A program made the position numbers and the translations under genes. Of a stretch of 64,000 nt of DNA, positions 51,380 through 62,938 are shown piece after piece (position 1 is the first letter of the stretch; every line of letters begins with the position of its first letter). Source of the DNA: Firmicutes bacterium UBA4795 (lineage in GTDB: Bacteria > Bacillota > Desulfotomaculia > Desulfotomaculales > Nap2-2B); the NCBI GenBank assembly GCA_002402825.1, contig DHGP01000006.1, positions 1,613 through 65,612 of the forward strand, given 5' to 3'. The notes under the pieces are model-generated. The model saw nothing but the letters and a program-made list of their open reading frames with translations, was not told the DNA's origin and did not search any database.

Positions 51380-51976
51380 TTACTTTCCTTGACTCAAGCT
51401 TCGCCAGGGTCTACATTTTTCCGCGGTTAAAATAGCCTGGATTTTGGACACGGCATTTTCTACCATATCGTTAACCACCACGTAATCATACTGGGTGTAA
51501 ACCTGCATTTCTTTAGCGGCCCAATGTAACCGTCTTTGAATATCCTCCGGTGAATCACTGGCTCGTTTTTTTAACCGGTGTAATAATTCTTCAATTGAGG
51601 GAGGGTAAAGAAAAATGGTTACGGCGCTTGAAAACTTTTGCTTAACCTGTACGCCTCCTTGAACGTCAATTTCTAAAATTAAATCTTCACCCTGGCTTAA
51701 AATGCTTTCTGTCTCTTCACGAGGCGTTCCGTATAAAAAATCATAAACTTTCGCCCATTCAAGCAGCTTATTTTGGGAAATCATTTCATAAAACTTTTTT
51801 TTATTTACAAAATAATAATTAACTCCTTCTACCTCACCAACTCGGGGGGGTCTGGTGGTAACTGAAACCGACAACTTAAGACCCGGTAGCTTACTTAATA
51901 AGGCCTGACAAACTGTTCCCTTTCCCACCCCGGAAGGACCGGATAAAACAATCAACAAACCCTGGTTTTGACGCAC
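51380..51976 (-). CDS. gmk: Guanylate kinase
   Basis: SGPSGVGKGT, TTRPPR.GE, LEIDVQG. Confidence 0.97.
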   Translation of the reverse strand: MRQNQGLLIVLSGPSGVGKGTVCQALLSKLPGLKLSVSVTTRPPRVGEVEGVNYYFVNKKKFYEMISQNKLLEWAKVYDFLYGTPREETESILSQGEDLILEIDVQGGVQVKQKFSSAVTIFLYPPSIEELLHRLKKRASDSPEDIQRRLHWAAKEMQVYTQYDYVVVNDMVENAVSKIQAILTAEKCRPWRSLSQGK

Positions 51977-52062
51977 AATTTCTTTTAATCTCCTTTAATC
52001 TCTCTTTTAAGGAATGTCAATCGGGACGATTGACCTGTTGACATTTGTCTTAGGAGCATAAT

Positions 52063-52353
52063 TTAGCTGATAGGTTCTTCCTCCTCTTCCCCTATGGTTT
52101 GGGTTGGTGCTGTTTCCCTGTCTAAACGGTGAGCCACTGTTTCTGGCTGTACAGCAGATAAAATTATGTGGTCACTGTCCGTAACTATAACCGCGCGCGT
52201 CCGCCGTCCATAAGTAGCGTCAACTAACATCCCCCGCTCACGCGCCTCATTAATAACTCTTTTAATCGGGGCCGATTCCGGACTAACGATAGCCACAATC
52301 CTGTTTGCGGAAACAATATTACCAAATCCAATATTTACTAATTTAATCTCCAC
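52063..52353 (-). CDS. remA: RemA/DUF370 regulator
   Basis: [28 protein letters not shown]; GTG start with SD. Confidence 0.92.
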   Translation of the reverse strand: MEIKLVNIGFGNIVSANRIVAIVSPESAPIKRVINEARERGMLVDATYGRRTRAVIVTDSDHIILSAVQPETVAHRLDRETAPTQTIGEEEEEPIS

Positions 52354-52372
52354 GGAACCCCTCCTCTTTATA

Positions 52373-53257
52373 TTATTCAATATTTTGGGCTTGTTCACGT
52401 ATCTTCTCCAATTCACTTTTTGCCTCTATAATCAAACGACTGATTTCCGAGTTATTTGCTTTGGCGGCAATAGTGTTAATTTCCCGGTTCATTTCTTGAA
52501 CCAAAAATTCAATTTTTCTACCTACGGGCTCATTTACTTCAAGACAGGAACGGGTTTGTTTTAAATGACTAGACAGGCGAGTTAACTCTTCGGAAATATT
52601 AGCGCGTTCAGCAAAAACAGCCGTCTCAGCGTACACTCTCTCTAAATCTAAAAGACCATCGTTTAGCCACTTTGCTAACGCGCCTTTAAGACGCATACGA
52701 TGTTCCTCCACCACTAGAGGAACACGCTGTTCAATTTTTTGACTTAGTTTCTCTATGCCCTGGAGGTGGTCGGTTAAATCCTTTTTCAACTGCTGACCTT
52801 CTTTTTCGCGCATTAAGTTCAAGTTAATTAAAGCTTGATCTAAGGCTTTTTCTACTGCCGACCACCATACTTCGTAAGCTTCGCTTTCTTCTATTACTTC
52901 TACCTCTAAAACACCCGGGAAACTAACCAAAGACATAAGTTTAATTTTACCAGGTATTTCTAGTTCATCCTGTAATTCTTTTACGGCCTTATAATACGCG
53001 GCCGCTAGAGCTTTGTCAACTTTTACGGTCATCCTTTTCTTTTTTAAATCTTCGCTGTTAATAAAAACATCTACGCGTCCACGATGGATATATTCCTGGA
53101 TTTTTCGCCGGATCCTTTCTTCCAAAACATTCAAGTTTTTAGGCAAACGCAGCCCTATTTCACAAAAACGATGGTTAACGGTTTTTATCTCTATTTTAGC
53201 CTTTTTTCCTTCTGCGCACGCCTCGCCTTGACCAAAACCAGTCATACTTTTTAACAA
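52373..53257 (-). CDS. yicC: YicC/YloC family endoribonuclease
   Basis: SMTGFG, VNHRF, EELTRL.SH, QEMNRE.NT, EKIREQ.QNIE. Confidence 0.95.
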   Translation of the reverse strand: MLKSMTGFGQGEACAEGKKAKIEIKTVNHRFCEIGLRLPKNLNVLEERIRRKIQEYIHRGRVDVFINSEDLKKKRMTVKVDKALAAAYYKAVKELQDELEIPGKIKLMSLVSFPGVLEVEVIEESEAYEVWWSAVEKALDQALINLNLMREKEGQQLKKDLTDHLQGIEKLSQKIEQRVPLVVEEHRMRLKGALAKWLNDGLLDLERVYAETAVFAERANISEELTRLSSHLKQTRSCLEVNEPVGRKIEFLVQEMNREINTIAAKANNSEISRLIIEAKSELEKIREQAQNIE

Positions 53258-53283
53258 ATTTTCACCATCTTTCACCAATATAA

Positions 53284-54477
53284 CTATTCAAGTCGCGCTA
53301 AAAAAGTTTTTATCCGGTTAAGTCCCTCCTTAATGTTTTCCAGAGAAGTTGCGTAAGATAAACGTACGAACCGGTCATCTCCAAAAGCAATTCCTGGGAT
53401 TACCGCTACCTGAATATTTTCTAACCAAACAGAAGCTAAATCACTGGCTCCTTTAATTTCTTTTTCCTGAAAGTATTTTCCAAAATAAGCACTAAAGTCA
53501 GGAAAAAGATAAAAGGCTCCTTGAGGCAGGTTACAGGATACACCAGGGATAGCACTCACTTCTTGATACATAAAATCACGCCGCTTTTGAAAGACGGCCA
53601 CCATTGCCTTAGTGTCCTCCTGAGAGCCTGATAGCGCGGCCACACTGGCAGCCTGCGCAATTGACGTAGGGTTAGAGGTGCAATGGCTTTGCAAGTCCGC
53701 CATTGCTTTAGCTATAGCTAAAGGGGCGGCTGCGTAACCAATTCGCCAACCCGTCATGGCATAAGTCTTAGATACACCGTTTACCACCACCGTTAGCTCT
53801 TTTAATTTTTGGTCCAGCGCAGCAATGCTTACGGGCTTAATTTGATCATAAATTAATTTTTCGTAAATTTCATCGGAAATTATATAAATTTTATGTTTAA
53901 CCAGGATTTCTCCTAAAGCCGCCAATTCTTTGGCGGTATATACTGTTCCCGTTGGATTACCGGGGCTGTTTAAAATAATTAATTTAGTCCGCTCATTAAT
54001 TGCCGCCGTCAGTTCTTCAGGGGTAAGCTTAAAATTATTTTCTGCTTTGGTGGGAACAATTACCGGGGTACTTTCCGCTAATTTAATTTGTTCTAAATAA
54101 CTTACCCAGTATGGAGCGGGTAAAATTACTTCGTCGCGTACACCGCAAAGCACCTGGAGGGTATTGTATAACGCATGTTTTGCCCCTACAGTAACTACAA
54201 TTTCCTCAGGTTGGTAATCAAGCTGGTTATCTGTTTTTAATTTTTGACGGATAGCCTCTTTTAACTCAAGCGTACCGGCTACCGGCGTATACTTGGTCAT
54301 CCCTTTATTTAAAGCAGTTATAGCCGCTTGTTTTATGTGCTCGGGGGTATCAAAATCCGGTTCGCCGGCGCTAAAATTAATTACTTGGATGCCGGCAGCC
54401 TGCATTTTCTTGGCCTGGGCATCTATGGTTAAAGTAGGGGAAGGGCTAATGTTAAGCGCCCGGGCAGCCAGTCGCAT
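53284..54477 (-). CDS. Class I aminotransferase (aspartate aminotransferase-like)
   Basis: GEPDFDTP, NSPGNPTG, SDEIYE, SKTYAMTGWRIGY. Confidence 0.92.
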   Translation of the reverse strand: MRLAARALNISPSPTLTIDAQAKKMQAAGIQVINFSAGEPDFDTPEHIKQAAITALNKGMTKYTPVAGTLELKEAIRQKLKTDNQLDYQPEEIVVTVGAKHALYNTLQVLCGVRDEVILPAPYWVSYLEQIKLAESTPVIVPTKAENNFKLTPEELTAAINERTKLIILNSPGNPTGTVYTAKELAALGEILVKHKIYIISDEIYEKLIYDQIKPVSIAALDQKLKELTVVVNGVSKTYAMTGWRIGYAAAPLAIAKAMADLQSHCTSNPTSIAQAASVAALSGSQEDTKAMVAVFQKRRDFMYQEVSAIPGVSCNLPQGAFYLFPDFSAYFGKYFQEKEIKGASDLASVWLENIQVAVIPGIAFGDDRFVRLSYATSLENIKEGLNRIKTFLARLE

Positions 54478-54518
54478 TTTTCTTCACTCCTTTTTTTATT
54501 TCCCTTTTAATCTCTTGC

Positions 54519-55697
54519 TTAAAATTTTACCGGACCAATGTTTTCTTTAATTCGCCCTATTGCTTTTTCAATACGGTTTGTGCTAACCGTTATAGACATA
54601 CGGAAATAACCTTCGCCATGAGCCCCATAGCCGGTGCCGGGAGTAACTACTACCCCGGCTTTGTTTAAAACCAATTCGGCAAAAGATTCAGCAGTATGTC
54701 CTGATGGCACACGAGCCCAAACGTAAATACCGGCCTGGGGTTTTTTTAAGCACCAGCCCAGGGAATTAAAGCCGTCTATTAAAATATCCCGCCGCTTTTG
54801 GTAGAGCTTGTTTACCCTGGCGATTGTGTGACCAGGTCCCGCTAGACCGGCTATGGCCGCATACTGAATAGCCTGAAACTGGCCCGAGTCAATATTTGTT
54901 TTAAGCCGCCCTAAAGCCTCAATTACGGCCGCGTTACCGGCTGCCCAACCAATGCGCCAACCGGTCATGCAAAAAGTCTTTGATAAAGAATGAAATTCAA
55001 TACCTATTTCTTTAGCTAAAGGAATCTCTAAAAAACTTAAAGGCCGGTAACCATCGTAAGCTATTTCCGTATAAGGAGCATCATGACAAACTAAAAGGTT
55101 AAACTCCCGGGCAAAAGCAACCACTTCCTGAAAAAAAGACCTTGGGGCTATGGCTCCGGTAGGGTTATTAGGATAGTTAAGAAACATTAACTTAGCTTTT
55201 TTAGCCACCTCAACAGGTATGGCGGCTAAATCAGGCAGATATCCCCGCTCCTCTTTTAAAGGAAGGACATAAGGCACTGCCCCGGCTAAAACAGCCCCTC
55301 CGGCATAAACAGGGTAGGCCGGATCAGGCACTAAAACAACATCTCCCGGGTCAAGATAGCACCAGGATATATGGGCTATTCCTTCCTTTGAGCCAATCAA
55401 AGAAACAATTTCTGTTTGGGGATTAAGTTTAACGCCAAAGCGGCTTTCGTACCAGTCTGCTACCGCTTGACGATAGGCTAACAAGCCGCTTGAAGTAGGG
55501 TACTGATGATTGGCCGGGTTTTGAGCCTCTTTAATTAAGGTTTGGACAATATGTTCTGGTGTAGGCTGGTCCGGATCGCCAATCCCTAAATTAATAACAT
55601 CCACCCCTTCTTTTTGTTTTTGGGCAATTAATTGTTCAATTCGGGCAAACAAATAGGGCGGCAAATTTTTAATTCTTTGGGCTTCAATAAAAGGCAA
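54519..55697 (-). CDS. dapL: LL-diaminopimelate aminotransferase
   Basis: [40 protein letters not shown]; follows dapF. Confidence 0.85.
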   Translation of the reverse strand: MPFIEAQRIKNLPPYLFARIEQLIAQKQKEGVDVINLGIGDPDQPTPEHIVQTLIKEAQNPANHQYPTSSGLLAYRQAVADWYESRFGVKLNPQTEIVSLIGSKEGIAHISWCYLDPGDVVLVPDPAYPVYAGGAVLAGAVPYVLPLKEERGYLPDLAAIPVEVAKKAKLMFLNYPNNPTGAIAPRSFFQEVVAFAREFNLLVCHDAPYTEIAYDGYRPLSFLEIPLAKEIGIEFHSLSKTFCMTGWRIGWAAGNAAVIEALGRLKTNIDSGQFQAIQYAAIAGLAGPGHTIARVNKLYQKRRDILIDGFNSLGWCLKKPQAGIYVWARVPSGHTAESFAELVLNKAGVVVTPGTGYGAHGEGYFRMSITVSTNRIEKAIGRIKENIGPVKF

Positions 55698-55746
55698 AAA
55701 TAAAAACCCCCTTGCTTAAAATAATTGCAACAAACATTTTAAGCTT

Positions 55747-56613
55747 TTAAAATTCTCCTGTAAAGACTTCTTCTGCCGGACCGGTCAGGTATACATGATT
55801 ATCCTCCCTCCAGGATACATCCAAATCTCCTCCTGGCAGGTGTACGGTTACCTGGCGGTCAGTAAAATTATTTAGAACACATCCTACTAAGGCCGCGCAA
55901 GCGCCCGTTCCACAAGCCAGGGTAGCTCCGGCCCCACGTTCCCAAACCCGCACTTTTAAATGGCTTCGGTTTAAGACCTGGATAAATTCAACGTTAGTCC
56001 GTTGAGGAAAAACAGGGTGGTTTTCCAGTTGCGGCCCTATTCGAAGTTCGATTTTTGATGTTCGATGTTCGAAGTCAACAAAAACCAGGCAGTGAGGGTT
56101 GCCCATGGAAACAGCGGTTACTTTAACGGTAACTGACCCAACTTTCAAGGGTTCGTTTATTACCGCGCCTGGCGGACCAAGCATGGGAATTTCAGCTCTT
56201 TCCAGACGGGGTTCTCCCATATCCACTTGAACGGCTTTCACCTTTCCTTCTTTGGTATTTATTAATTTAGGAATCATAATTCCCGCCAAGGTTTCAACCT
56301 TTATTTCCCTGGTTTCGTCTTGCTCTAGCAAGCCATGGCGGTAAAGGTACGCCGCCACGCAACGGATGGCATTACCGCACATTTCGGCTTCGCTGCCATC
56401 AGGGTTAAATATCCGCATCCGTACCCTTGCTTTTTCGCCGGGCAAAAGGATTACCAACCCGTCAGCCCCTATTCCAAAATGGCGTAGGCATACTCTTTGC
56501 GCTATAGCTTTCAGGTCCTTTGTTTCAATAGGTCTAGCCTGCTCTAACCCGGCCCCAATAAAATCAATAAGGACAAAATCATTACCCAGACCATGCATTT
56601 TTACAAATTTCAT
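55747..56613 (-). CDS. dapF: Diaminopimelate epimerase
   Basis: [31 protein letters not shown]. Confidence 0.97.
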   Translation of the reverse strand: MKFVKMHGLGNDFVLIDFIGAGLEQARPIETKDLKAIAQRVCLRHFGIGADGLVILLPGEKARVRMRIFNPDGSEAEMCGNAIRCVAAYLYRHGLLEQDETREIKVETLAGIMIPKLINTKEGKVKAVQVDMGEPRLERAEIPMLGPPGAVINEPLKVGSVTVKVTAVSMGNPHCLVFVDFEHRTSKIELRIGPQLENHPVFPQRTNVEFIQVLNRSHLKVRVWERGAGATLACGTGACAALVGCVLNNFTDRQVTVHLPGGDLDVSWREDNHVYLTGPAEEVFTGEF

Positions 56614-56661
56614 TTTACTTATGATTTTTGCTCCTGCTTCAGATTTTACCTTTATATGCGG

Positions 56662-59433
56662 CTATATTCGCTTTAAGTTTGTTATTTCCTTCTTTTTCAT
56701 CTTGATAGTTAAATCTTTTTTACACAGGCTTATCTTTTGGTAAACAAGCAGGTTAAACATGGGTAAAACAAGTGCCGTAAGAGTGATCACCACCCAGTGC
56801 CCCGGGTTTAAAGGAGTGGTGTGAAAAACGCGTTGGAAAAAAGGGAGGTATATTACCATTACTTGTAACAACAAAGAAAATAACACCGCCATAACCAGCA
56901 GGGGATTAGCAAAAAGACTAGACCACTTAAGAGTATAATCTTCCGTTCGGCAGGTAAATACATAAAATAACTGGAAAAATACCAGGGTGCAAAAAGCTAT
57001 GGTCCGGGCTAAAGTTAAATTACCGCTTTCCTTTAAGTAAAAAGCAAAAATCAGCAACGTTCCTAAGCCAATAAAAAAGCCGCTGCTTAGAATTTGCCCC
57101 ACCATACCCTGGGCAAAAATACTTTCTCCTGGTTGGCGAGGAGGCCGGTGCATAATATTCTTTTCGGGCGGTTCAACTCCTAAGGCCATAGCCGGTAACC
57201 CGTCAGTAATCAAATTCATCCATAAAATTTGAATGGGCACCAAAGGAAGAGGCAAACCGGACAGCAAAGCCAGAAACATTACCAGCACCTCCCCCGTATT
57301 GCAGCTTAAAAGGTAGCGGATAAACTTGCGGATATTGGCGTACACCCCGCGGCCTTCTTCAACCGCAGCCACAATAGAAGCAAAGTTGTCATCCGTTAAT
57401 ACCATGGCGGCAGATTGGCGGGCCACATCAGTTCCTTTCTGGCCCATGGCAATTCCAATGTTTGCTTCCTTAATAGCCGGGGCGTCATTTACTCCGTCAC
57501 CGGTCATGGCCACCACCTCACCTGCATTCTTTAGCGAGCGTACAATACGTAGCTTGTGTTTTGGCGAAACGCGGGCAAACACGGATACTGTTTTAACCGT
57601 CCGGTTTAATTCTTCATCAGACATAGCCTCTAAAGCACTGCCGGTTAAAGCCTGACTCTCCGGTTTATTTAAGTCCAATTCTTTGGCTATTGCTTTAGCC
57701 GTAACTAAATGATCACCCGTAATCATGATTACCTTAATCCCGGCCTGCCGGCATTTTTTTACTGCGGTCACGGCGCTTAACCGGGGTGGATCAATACTGG
57801 CCGCCAGGCCAAGAAAAACAAGTTTTTGCTCTACGACGGAGGCGCTAAATTCAACCAGATCTTGAGGCAGTTCCCGGTAAGCCAGGGCTAAAACGCGCAG
57901 GGCTTGACCAGCTAAATCATTGTTTAGCTTAAAAATTTTTTCTTTGTCCTTCTGGTTAAGAGAAATAAGGTGACCTCCCTGACAACAATGGGTGCATAAA
58001 TCAAGTAAAACCTCAGGGGCTCCCTTGGTATAAGCGGTTAACTTTTTATTTGACTGGCGGTAAATTACTGTCATTAATTTTCGCTCCGCTTCAAAAGAAA
58101 TTTCAGCCACTCTTTGTTCCTTTTTTTCCAACTCTTCCCTCCATATTCCTTTTTTGGCGGCCATTACTAAGAGGGCTCCTTCTGTCGGGTCACCGTGAAT
58201 TCCCCAAAGGTGCTCCGACCTATTTTGTCTTATTCCCCGCCATAAACCAGGGAGGCTAATCTTACCCCGCTTAAGAAAAGCGTTATTGCACAAAGCGGCA
58301 GTCTTAAGAAATAACCAAAACTCGTCTTTTTTATCAACCGTGGCCGGGATAAACTTCCCTTTCGGTTCGTAGCCGCGCCCGGTTACATCTATTCGCTCGT
58401 ACCCAAGGGCTATTTGGCATACGGTCATTTCATTTTGGGTAAGGGTGCCTGTTTTATCGGCACAAATGACCGTAGTGCAGCCCAGGGTTTCAACGGCCGG
58501 CAGTTTCCGGATAATTACGTGCCGCCGGATCATTCGCTGCACCCCTAGAGCCAAAACTATGGTCACAATAGCCGGCAGTCCTTCTGGAATTGCGGCTACA
58601 GCCAGGCTTACTCCGGCTAAAAGCATCTGGTAAACTGGCTCCCCGCGGTAAACACCGGCCAGAATAAGCAGCAGGCAAATGCCCAGGCAAAAAATAACCA
58701 GGTTGTGGCTTGCGTGCGCTAACTGTAGTTGCAAGGGTGTCTGGTGAATAGTTATTTCCTGAAGCATGGTGGCGATATGTCCCATTTCCGTACTCATTCC
58801 GGTGTTCACCACTACTCCTAGACCCCGCCCCCGGGTTACTACGGTACCTGCATAGACCATGTTGCAAGCGTCTTGCAAGGATAGAGGAGTTTTGGGCAAG
58901 GTTTGCACGGTTTTTTTTACCGGTATTGATTCACCGGTTAAAATAGCTTCTTCAACTTCAAAATCAGCCGCCTGGATAAGACGTAAATCGGCCGGTACCC
59001 GGTCCCCCGTTTCCAAAAAAACAAGGTCGCCCGGAACGATCTCACTAGCCGGAATTTTTTGTCCCAGGTTGTTTCTCTTTACGTAAGCCATAGGAGCGGT
59101 TAGTTCTTTTAAGGCCCTTAAAGAGCGTTCGGCCCGGTATTCCTGAAAACAACCCAAACAAGCATTTAAAATAACAATGACCATTATTGTGGCCGCGTCG
59201 GCAAATTCACCCAAAAAAACAGAAATAATAGTTGCCACCAGTAAAATTAAAACCATAAAATCGCCAAACTGGTTTATAAAAACCATCCATAAAGGGGTTT
59301 GCCTGGCCGCTATTAATTGATTAGGGCCAAACTGGGCTTGCCTTTTTTGGGCCTCTTTTTCCGTTAACCCTCTACTTATATCAGTTTGCAATGCTTCCGC
59401 CAACTCTTTTGGGCTTAAAACAGACCAATGCAT
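56662..59433 (-). CDS. P-type cation (Ca2+-like) ATPase
   Basis: [31 protein letters not shown]. Confidence 0.95.
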   Translation of the reverse strand: MHWSVLSPKELAEALQTDISRGLTEKEAQKRQAQFGPNQLIAARQTPLWMVFINQFGDFMVLILLVATIISVFLGEFADAATIMVIVILNACLGCFQEYRAERSLRALKELTAPMAYVKRNNLGQKIPASEIVPGDLVFLETGDRVPADLRLIQAADFEVEEAILTGESIPVKKTVQTLPKTPLSLQDACNMVYAGTVVTRGRGLGVVVNTGMSTEMGHIATMLQEITIHQTPLQLQLAHASHNLVIFCLGICLLLILAGVYRGEPVYQMLLAGVSLAVAAIPEGLPAIVTIVLALGVQRMIRRHVIIRKLPAVETLGCTTVICADKTGTLTQNEMTVCQIALGYERIDVTGRGYEPKGKFIPATVDKKDEFWLFLKTAALCNNAFLKRGKISLPGLWRGIRQNRSEHLWGIHGDPTEGALLVMAAKKGIWREELEKKEQRVAEISFEAERKLMTVIYRQSNKKLTAYTKGAPEVLLDLCTHCCQGGHLISLNQKDKEKIFKLNNDLAGQALRVLALAYRELPQDLVEFSASVVEQKLVFLGLAASIDPPRLSAVTAVKKCRQAGIKVIMITGDHLVTAKAIAKELDLNKPESQALTGSALEAMSDEELNRTVKTVSVFARVSPKHKLRIVRSLKNAGEVVAMTGDGVNDAPAIKEANIGIAMGQKGTDVARQSAAMVLTDDNFASIVAAVEEGRGVYANIRKFIRYLLSCNTGEVLVMFLALLSGLPLPLVPIQILWMNLITDGLPAMALGVEPPEKNIMHRPPRQPGESIFAQGMVGQILSSGFFIGLGTLLIFAFYLKESGNLTLARTIAFCTLVFFQLFYVFTCRTEDYTLKWSSLFANPLLVMAVLFSLLLQVMVIYLPFFQRVFHTTPLNPGHWVVITLTALVLPMFNLLVYQKISLCKKDLTIKMKKKEITNLKRI

Positions 59434-59556
59434 AATACCCTCTCTCCATTCTTAGGGGATTTGCCATTATAAATATGCAAAAATAAGGAAAAAAATAACA
59501 CCCCGACGATAAACCCGGCTTGTGAAAAGGTTAAAAAATTGATATGATGCTGTCTG

Positions 59557-59584
59557 GTAGGGGCGTTAATTATAACGCCCCTAT
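59557..59584. repeat. REP-like palindrome family A
   Basis: GTAGGGGCGTTAATTATAACGCCCCTAT. Confidence 0.82.
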
Positions 59585-59612
59585 GAATAAACCGATAGCC
59601 GGGTAACTACAA

Positions 59613-59682
59613 TTGGTAGTTAGTGATGAGTCGCTGGTCATTAGGAAAAACACCTGCCAATCACCAACGACTAACGACTAAA
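59613..59682. repeat. Heptamer-repeat hairpin
   Basis: TGGTAGT TAGTGAT GAGTCGC TGGTCAT arm and CCAATCA CCAACGA CTAACGA CTAA arm. Confidence 0.72.
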
Positions 59683-59703
59683 TTAGTCAGGAAGTAAGAG
59701 ACC

Positions 59704-61524
59704 GTGCCTTTTGACGGGCTTGTTTTAGCCGCGATAAAAAAAGAGTTAATTGACGGGGCGTTAAATGTAACACCCTTACTAGGCAGCCGGATTGACCGGA
59801 TTTACCAACCTGCCCCTTTGGAGTTGAATATTGTCCTGCGCCAGCCGGGAAAACGGTTTCGGCTTTTAATTTCCGCCCGCGCCAGCGAGGCAAGAATTCA
59901 CCTGACCGAACAAGCAAAGAAAAATCCGGCTTCGCCACCTCTTTTTTGTATGGTCTTACGTAAACATTTAGAGGGAGGACGTATTGTTGGTCTGGCCCAG
60001 GAAGGTCTGGAAAGAATATTAGTTTTTCAAATTGAAGTAAGAAATGAGATAAACCAATTAACCCAAAAAAACCTGGTTTGTGAAATAATGGGAAAACATA
60101 GCAACGTTATTCTGGTAGACGCAACTACCCAAACAATTATTGACAGTATAAAACGGTACTCTTTTAATCTCAGCCGTTACCGGGAAGTCCTGCCAGGCCG
60201 TCCTTACCTTCACCCGCCAAAGCAGGATAAGCTTGCCTTTGACACTTTAAACGAAGCGATTTTTCAGGAGAACATCTGGCAACAACCTTTAGCAGCTAAA
60301 CTAGAGCAAATTTTACAGCGTCGTTTTGAGGGATTGAGTACCTTAATGAGCCGGGAAATAATTTACCGTGCCGGACTACCGGCAGACTTAACCTTAAACG
60401 AATGCGGGGAATACGAAATAAACGTCCTGGGGCAAAAACTAAAGCTTCTTTACTCAAAGGTCAGGGAGAGTAGCTTTCAGCCTGCGCTTATGGTTAATGA
60501 AGCTGGGGAACCGGTAGAATTTGCTGCTTTTCCTTTAACCCACTTGAGAAAACTGACGGCTCGTAAGGCCACCATGAATGCTATTGTTGACCAGTTTTTT
60601 ACCTTCCAAGAGGAGCGTTCCTGGTTTAACCAGAAAAAACAACGCTTAATTTCTTTAGTCCAAAAAGAAATAGATTACCAGGCCAAAAAAATTTCCACTT
60701 TTGAGCAGGCTGGAAGCCTGCCTTACGGGGAAGAAAACCTTACGGAAGTTGATAAAGCCGAAAAATTTAAGTTATACGGCGAACTGTTGCTGGCTAACGC
60801 CCATTGTTTGGAAAAGGGGTTAACTGAAGTAAGTTTAGCCAATTTCCATGACCCTTCATCCCGCGTTTTAATCTCCCTGGATCCGCAGCTTTCCCCGGTT
60901 GAAAACGCTAACGCCTTTTTTAAAAAGTATCAAAAGATTAAAAAAGCTCGCCTGGCTATCCAACCGCTGCTGGAAAAAGCACACCAGGAGCGGTTTTATC
61001 TTTTAAGCGTGGAAACCGCTTTGCAGCAGGCAAGCACGCTATCCGACCTGGCCGAAATAAGCCAGGAGCTTATGACTACCGGCTACCTGGCTAAAATAAT
61101 CACCAGCCAAAAAAGTAAAGATAAACCCAAACCTAAACAAAAAACTAGCGCTCCTTTAAAATTTGTTTCCTCCGATAGCCTAACCATTCTGGTAGGAAAA
61201 AATAACCGGCAAAATGATTACCTGACTATGCGTCTGGCTCAAGAAAATGATGTGTGGTTGCATACCAAGGAAATTCCCGGTTCCCACGTGGTTATAAAAA
61301 CCAATGGTCAGCCTGTACCCCCCACCACTCTTCAGGAGGCAGCAATATTAGCGGCTTTTTACAGCCGGGCCTGGCAGTCCCATAATATTCCCGTAGACTA
61401 TACCAGCCGGAAAAACGTTAAAAAACCCCCTGGAAGTAGGCCAGGCTTTGTAACTTACACTAACCACCGCACAATTATGGTCAACCCGGATAAAAATTTA
61501 CCTGTAAAATTGCAGCAAGACTAG
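59704..61524 (+). CDS. rqcH: RqcH/Rqc2 (FbpA, NFACT family)
   Basis: MPFDG, FCMVLRKHL, EIMGKHSN, VGKNNRQND.L, PGSHV, VDYT, KPPG..PG.V.Y. Confidence 0.95.
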   Translation: MPFDGLVLAAIKKELIDGALNVTPLLGSRIDRIYQPAPLELNIVLRQPGKRFRLLISARASEARIHLTEQAKKNPASPPLFCMVLRKHLEGGRIVGLAQEGLERILVFQIEVRNEINQLTQKNLVCEIMGKHSNVILVDATTQTIIDSIKRYSFNLSRYREVLPGRPYLHPPKQDKLAFDTLNEAIFQENIWQQPLAAKLEQILQRRFEGLSTLMSREIIYRAGLPADLTLNECGEYEINVLGQKLKLLYSKVRESSFQPALMVNEAGEPVEFAAFPLTHLRKLTARKATMNAIVDQFFTFQEERSWFNQKKQRLISLVQKEIDYQAKKISTFEQAGSLPYGEENLTEVDKAEKFKLYGELLLANAHCLEKGLTEVSLANFHDPSSRVLISLDPQLSPVENANAFFKKYQKIKKARLAIQPLLEKAHQERFYLLSVETALQQASTLSDLAEISQELMTTGYLAKIITSQKSKDKPKPKQKTSAPLKFVSSDSLTILVGKNNRQNDYLTMRLAQENDVWLHTKEIPGSHVVIKTNGQPVPPTTLQEAAILAAFYSRAWQSHNIPVDYTSRKNVKKPPGSRPGFVTYTNHRTIMVNPDKNLPVKLQQD

Positions 61525-61703
61525 ACTATTACTTGAATAGCCTAAAGGTAATTTTAAATATTAATGACAAACTTAAATTTATTTTTATTTAACAGACATT
61601 TTTCTTTTTTTTAAAGGAATACTATTAGTGTATTTAAAAAATTTAAAAAATGAATATTGTCTTGCCCGAACCGTTCCTGCGTTAATAAAAAGGAGGAAGG
61701 CTA

Positions 61704-61886
61704 ATGGGAAGAAGGCGTCGCGGTTTAATGTCCGAGAGGCTGAAGTACGAATTAGCCAAAGAGCTCGGTGTGGATGATGTGGTGCGCAAGGAAGGATGGG
61801 GAAGCGTTTCTTCCCGAAACTGCGGTAACCTGGTCCGCCTGGCCATCGCCCGGGCCGAAAAAAACATGACGCAGGGACAAAAATAA
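61704..61886 (+). CDS. Small acid-soluble spore protein, alpha/beta (SspF-like)
   Basis: RRRGLMSE.LKYELAKELG, GWG, R.CGN.V. Confidence 0.9.
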   Translation: MGRRRRGLMSERLKYELAKELGVDDVVRKEGWGSVSSRNCGNLVRLAIARAEKNMTQGQK

Positions 61887-61887
61887 G

Positions 61888-61924
61888 GGCAAAAAGGTGC
61901 GCTAAAATACAAGCGCACCTTTGC
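61888..61924 (+). terminator. Hairpin after SASP gene
   Basis: AAAGGTGCGCT...AGCGCACCTTT. Confidence 0.6.
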
Positions 61925-62185
61925 CATTTCTTAACAAATCCGATTTTGCAAAAAAGCTAAGGACGAATGTCAAAGGAGGGCTGCCATAGGGTTTTAATTC
62001 ATAGGTTTTAATTTAAGTTGGTTTGGTTAAATTTAATACTTTTTATCATTTTAGATTAGTTTTTCCATAAGTCTATTTAGAGGGAAGCTGTTTGGTAAAA
62101 GTTTTTACCCAAGAGTATTGATGCTTCTTTTTTAATATGGTTGATTTCGCTGGGTTTTGTTGTCGTTTGTATTCAAATTTTTAGT

Positions 62186-62938
62186 TTAAAACCATTCCTT
62201 AATAAAATAAGGCTTAAAGCCTAAATAATCGGCACTGGTAAGATAAAAGTTAATTCCCCAGGTGTTACTAGGCAGGCGATAACGGTTGGCCCGATCGTGA
62301 AGGTGCGCGTAAACAACCGTGGTTACTCCGTATTTTTGCAATACCTCAATAAAACGGTTAAATTCATGTTTTTCATTAGTAGGCATATAATGCATTAGAA
62401 CTATAATTTCTTTGGCGGGTAATTTTATGCTCTTAAGGGAATTTTCTAGCCGAATTATCTCCCGGTGGTAAATTTTCTTATCCTTTTCTTGAAAATGCGA
62501 CGCCCCAGGACAAATCCAGCCCCGGGTACCACAAAGAGCCAACCCATTAATCCAGACGTGGTCATTTTGAATTAAAATGATATTGGGAGGAAGAACAGCC
62601 CGAACACGGCTGATACTCTGCCACCAGTAATCATGGTTGCCCTGCACCCCAACAATTTTTCCGGGCAGCAGGCCCAAAAAACCCAAATCGCTTTTCGCCT
62701 CTTCCAAACGCATGGCCCAGGAAATATCCCCCGGTACCAACACTAAATCTTCCGGCTGCACTATTTTAACCCAGTTTTCATAAATTAACCGGGCATGGTT
62801 GGTCCAGGCGGGGTTTATTTCCCCCATTGGTTTATACTCAGCTGCCTCGGCCCAAAACCCAGGCGTAGGAAGCTTTTTAAACGAGAGATGCAGGTCGCCA
62901 AGGGCGTATATTTTCACTTCCTTTTTATCCCCGGCCAA
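62186..62938 (-). CDS. Calcineurin-like metallophosphoesterase
   Basis: GDLHLS, GDISWA, GNHDYWW, GTRGW, H.H. Confidence 0.9.
   Translation of the reverse strand: MAGDKKEVKIYALGDLHLSFKKLPTPGFWAEAAEYKPMGEINPAWTNHARLIYENWVKIVQPEDLVLVPGDISWAMRLEEAKSDLGFLGLLPGKIVGVQGNHDYWWQSISRVRAVLPPNIILIQNDHVWINGLALCGTRGWICPGASHFQEKDKKIYHREIIRLENSLKSIKLPAKEIIVLMHYMPTNEKHEFNRFIEVLQKYGVTTVVYAHLHDRANRYRLPSNTWGINFYLTSADYLGFKPYFIKEWF

Noticed and set aside
61980-62015. Short tandem duplication CATAGG(G)TTTTAATT and weak resemblance to a c-di-GMP riboswitch tail
   Set aside because: No GCAAA/GNRA P1-P2 core and only two units.
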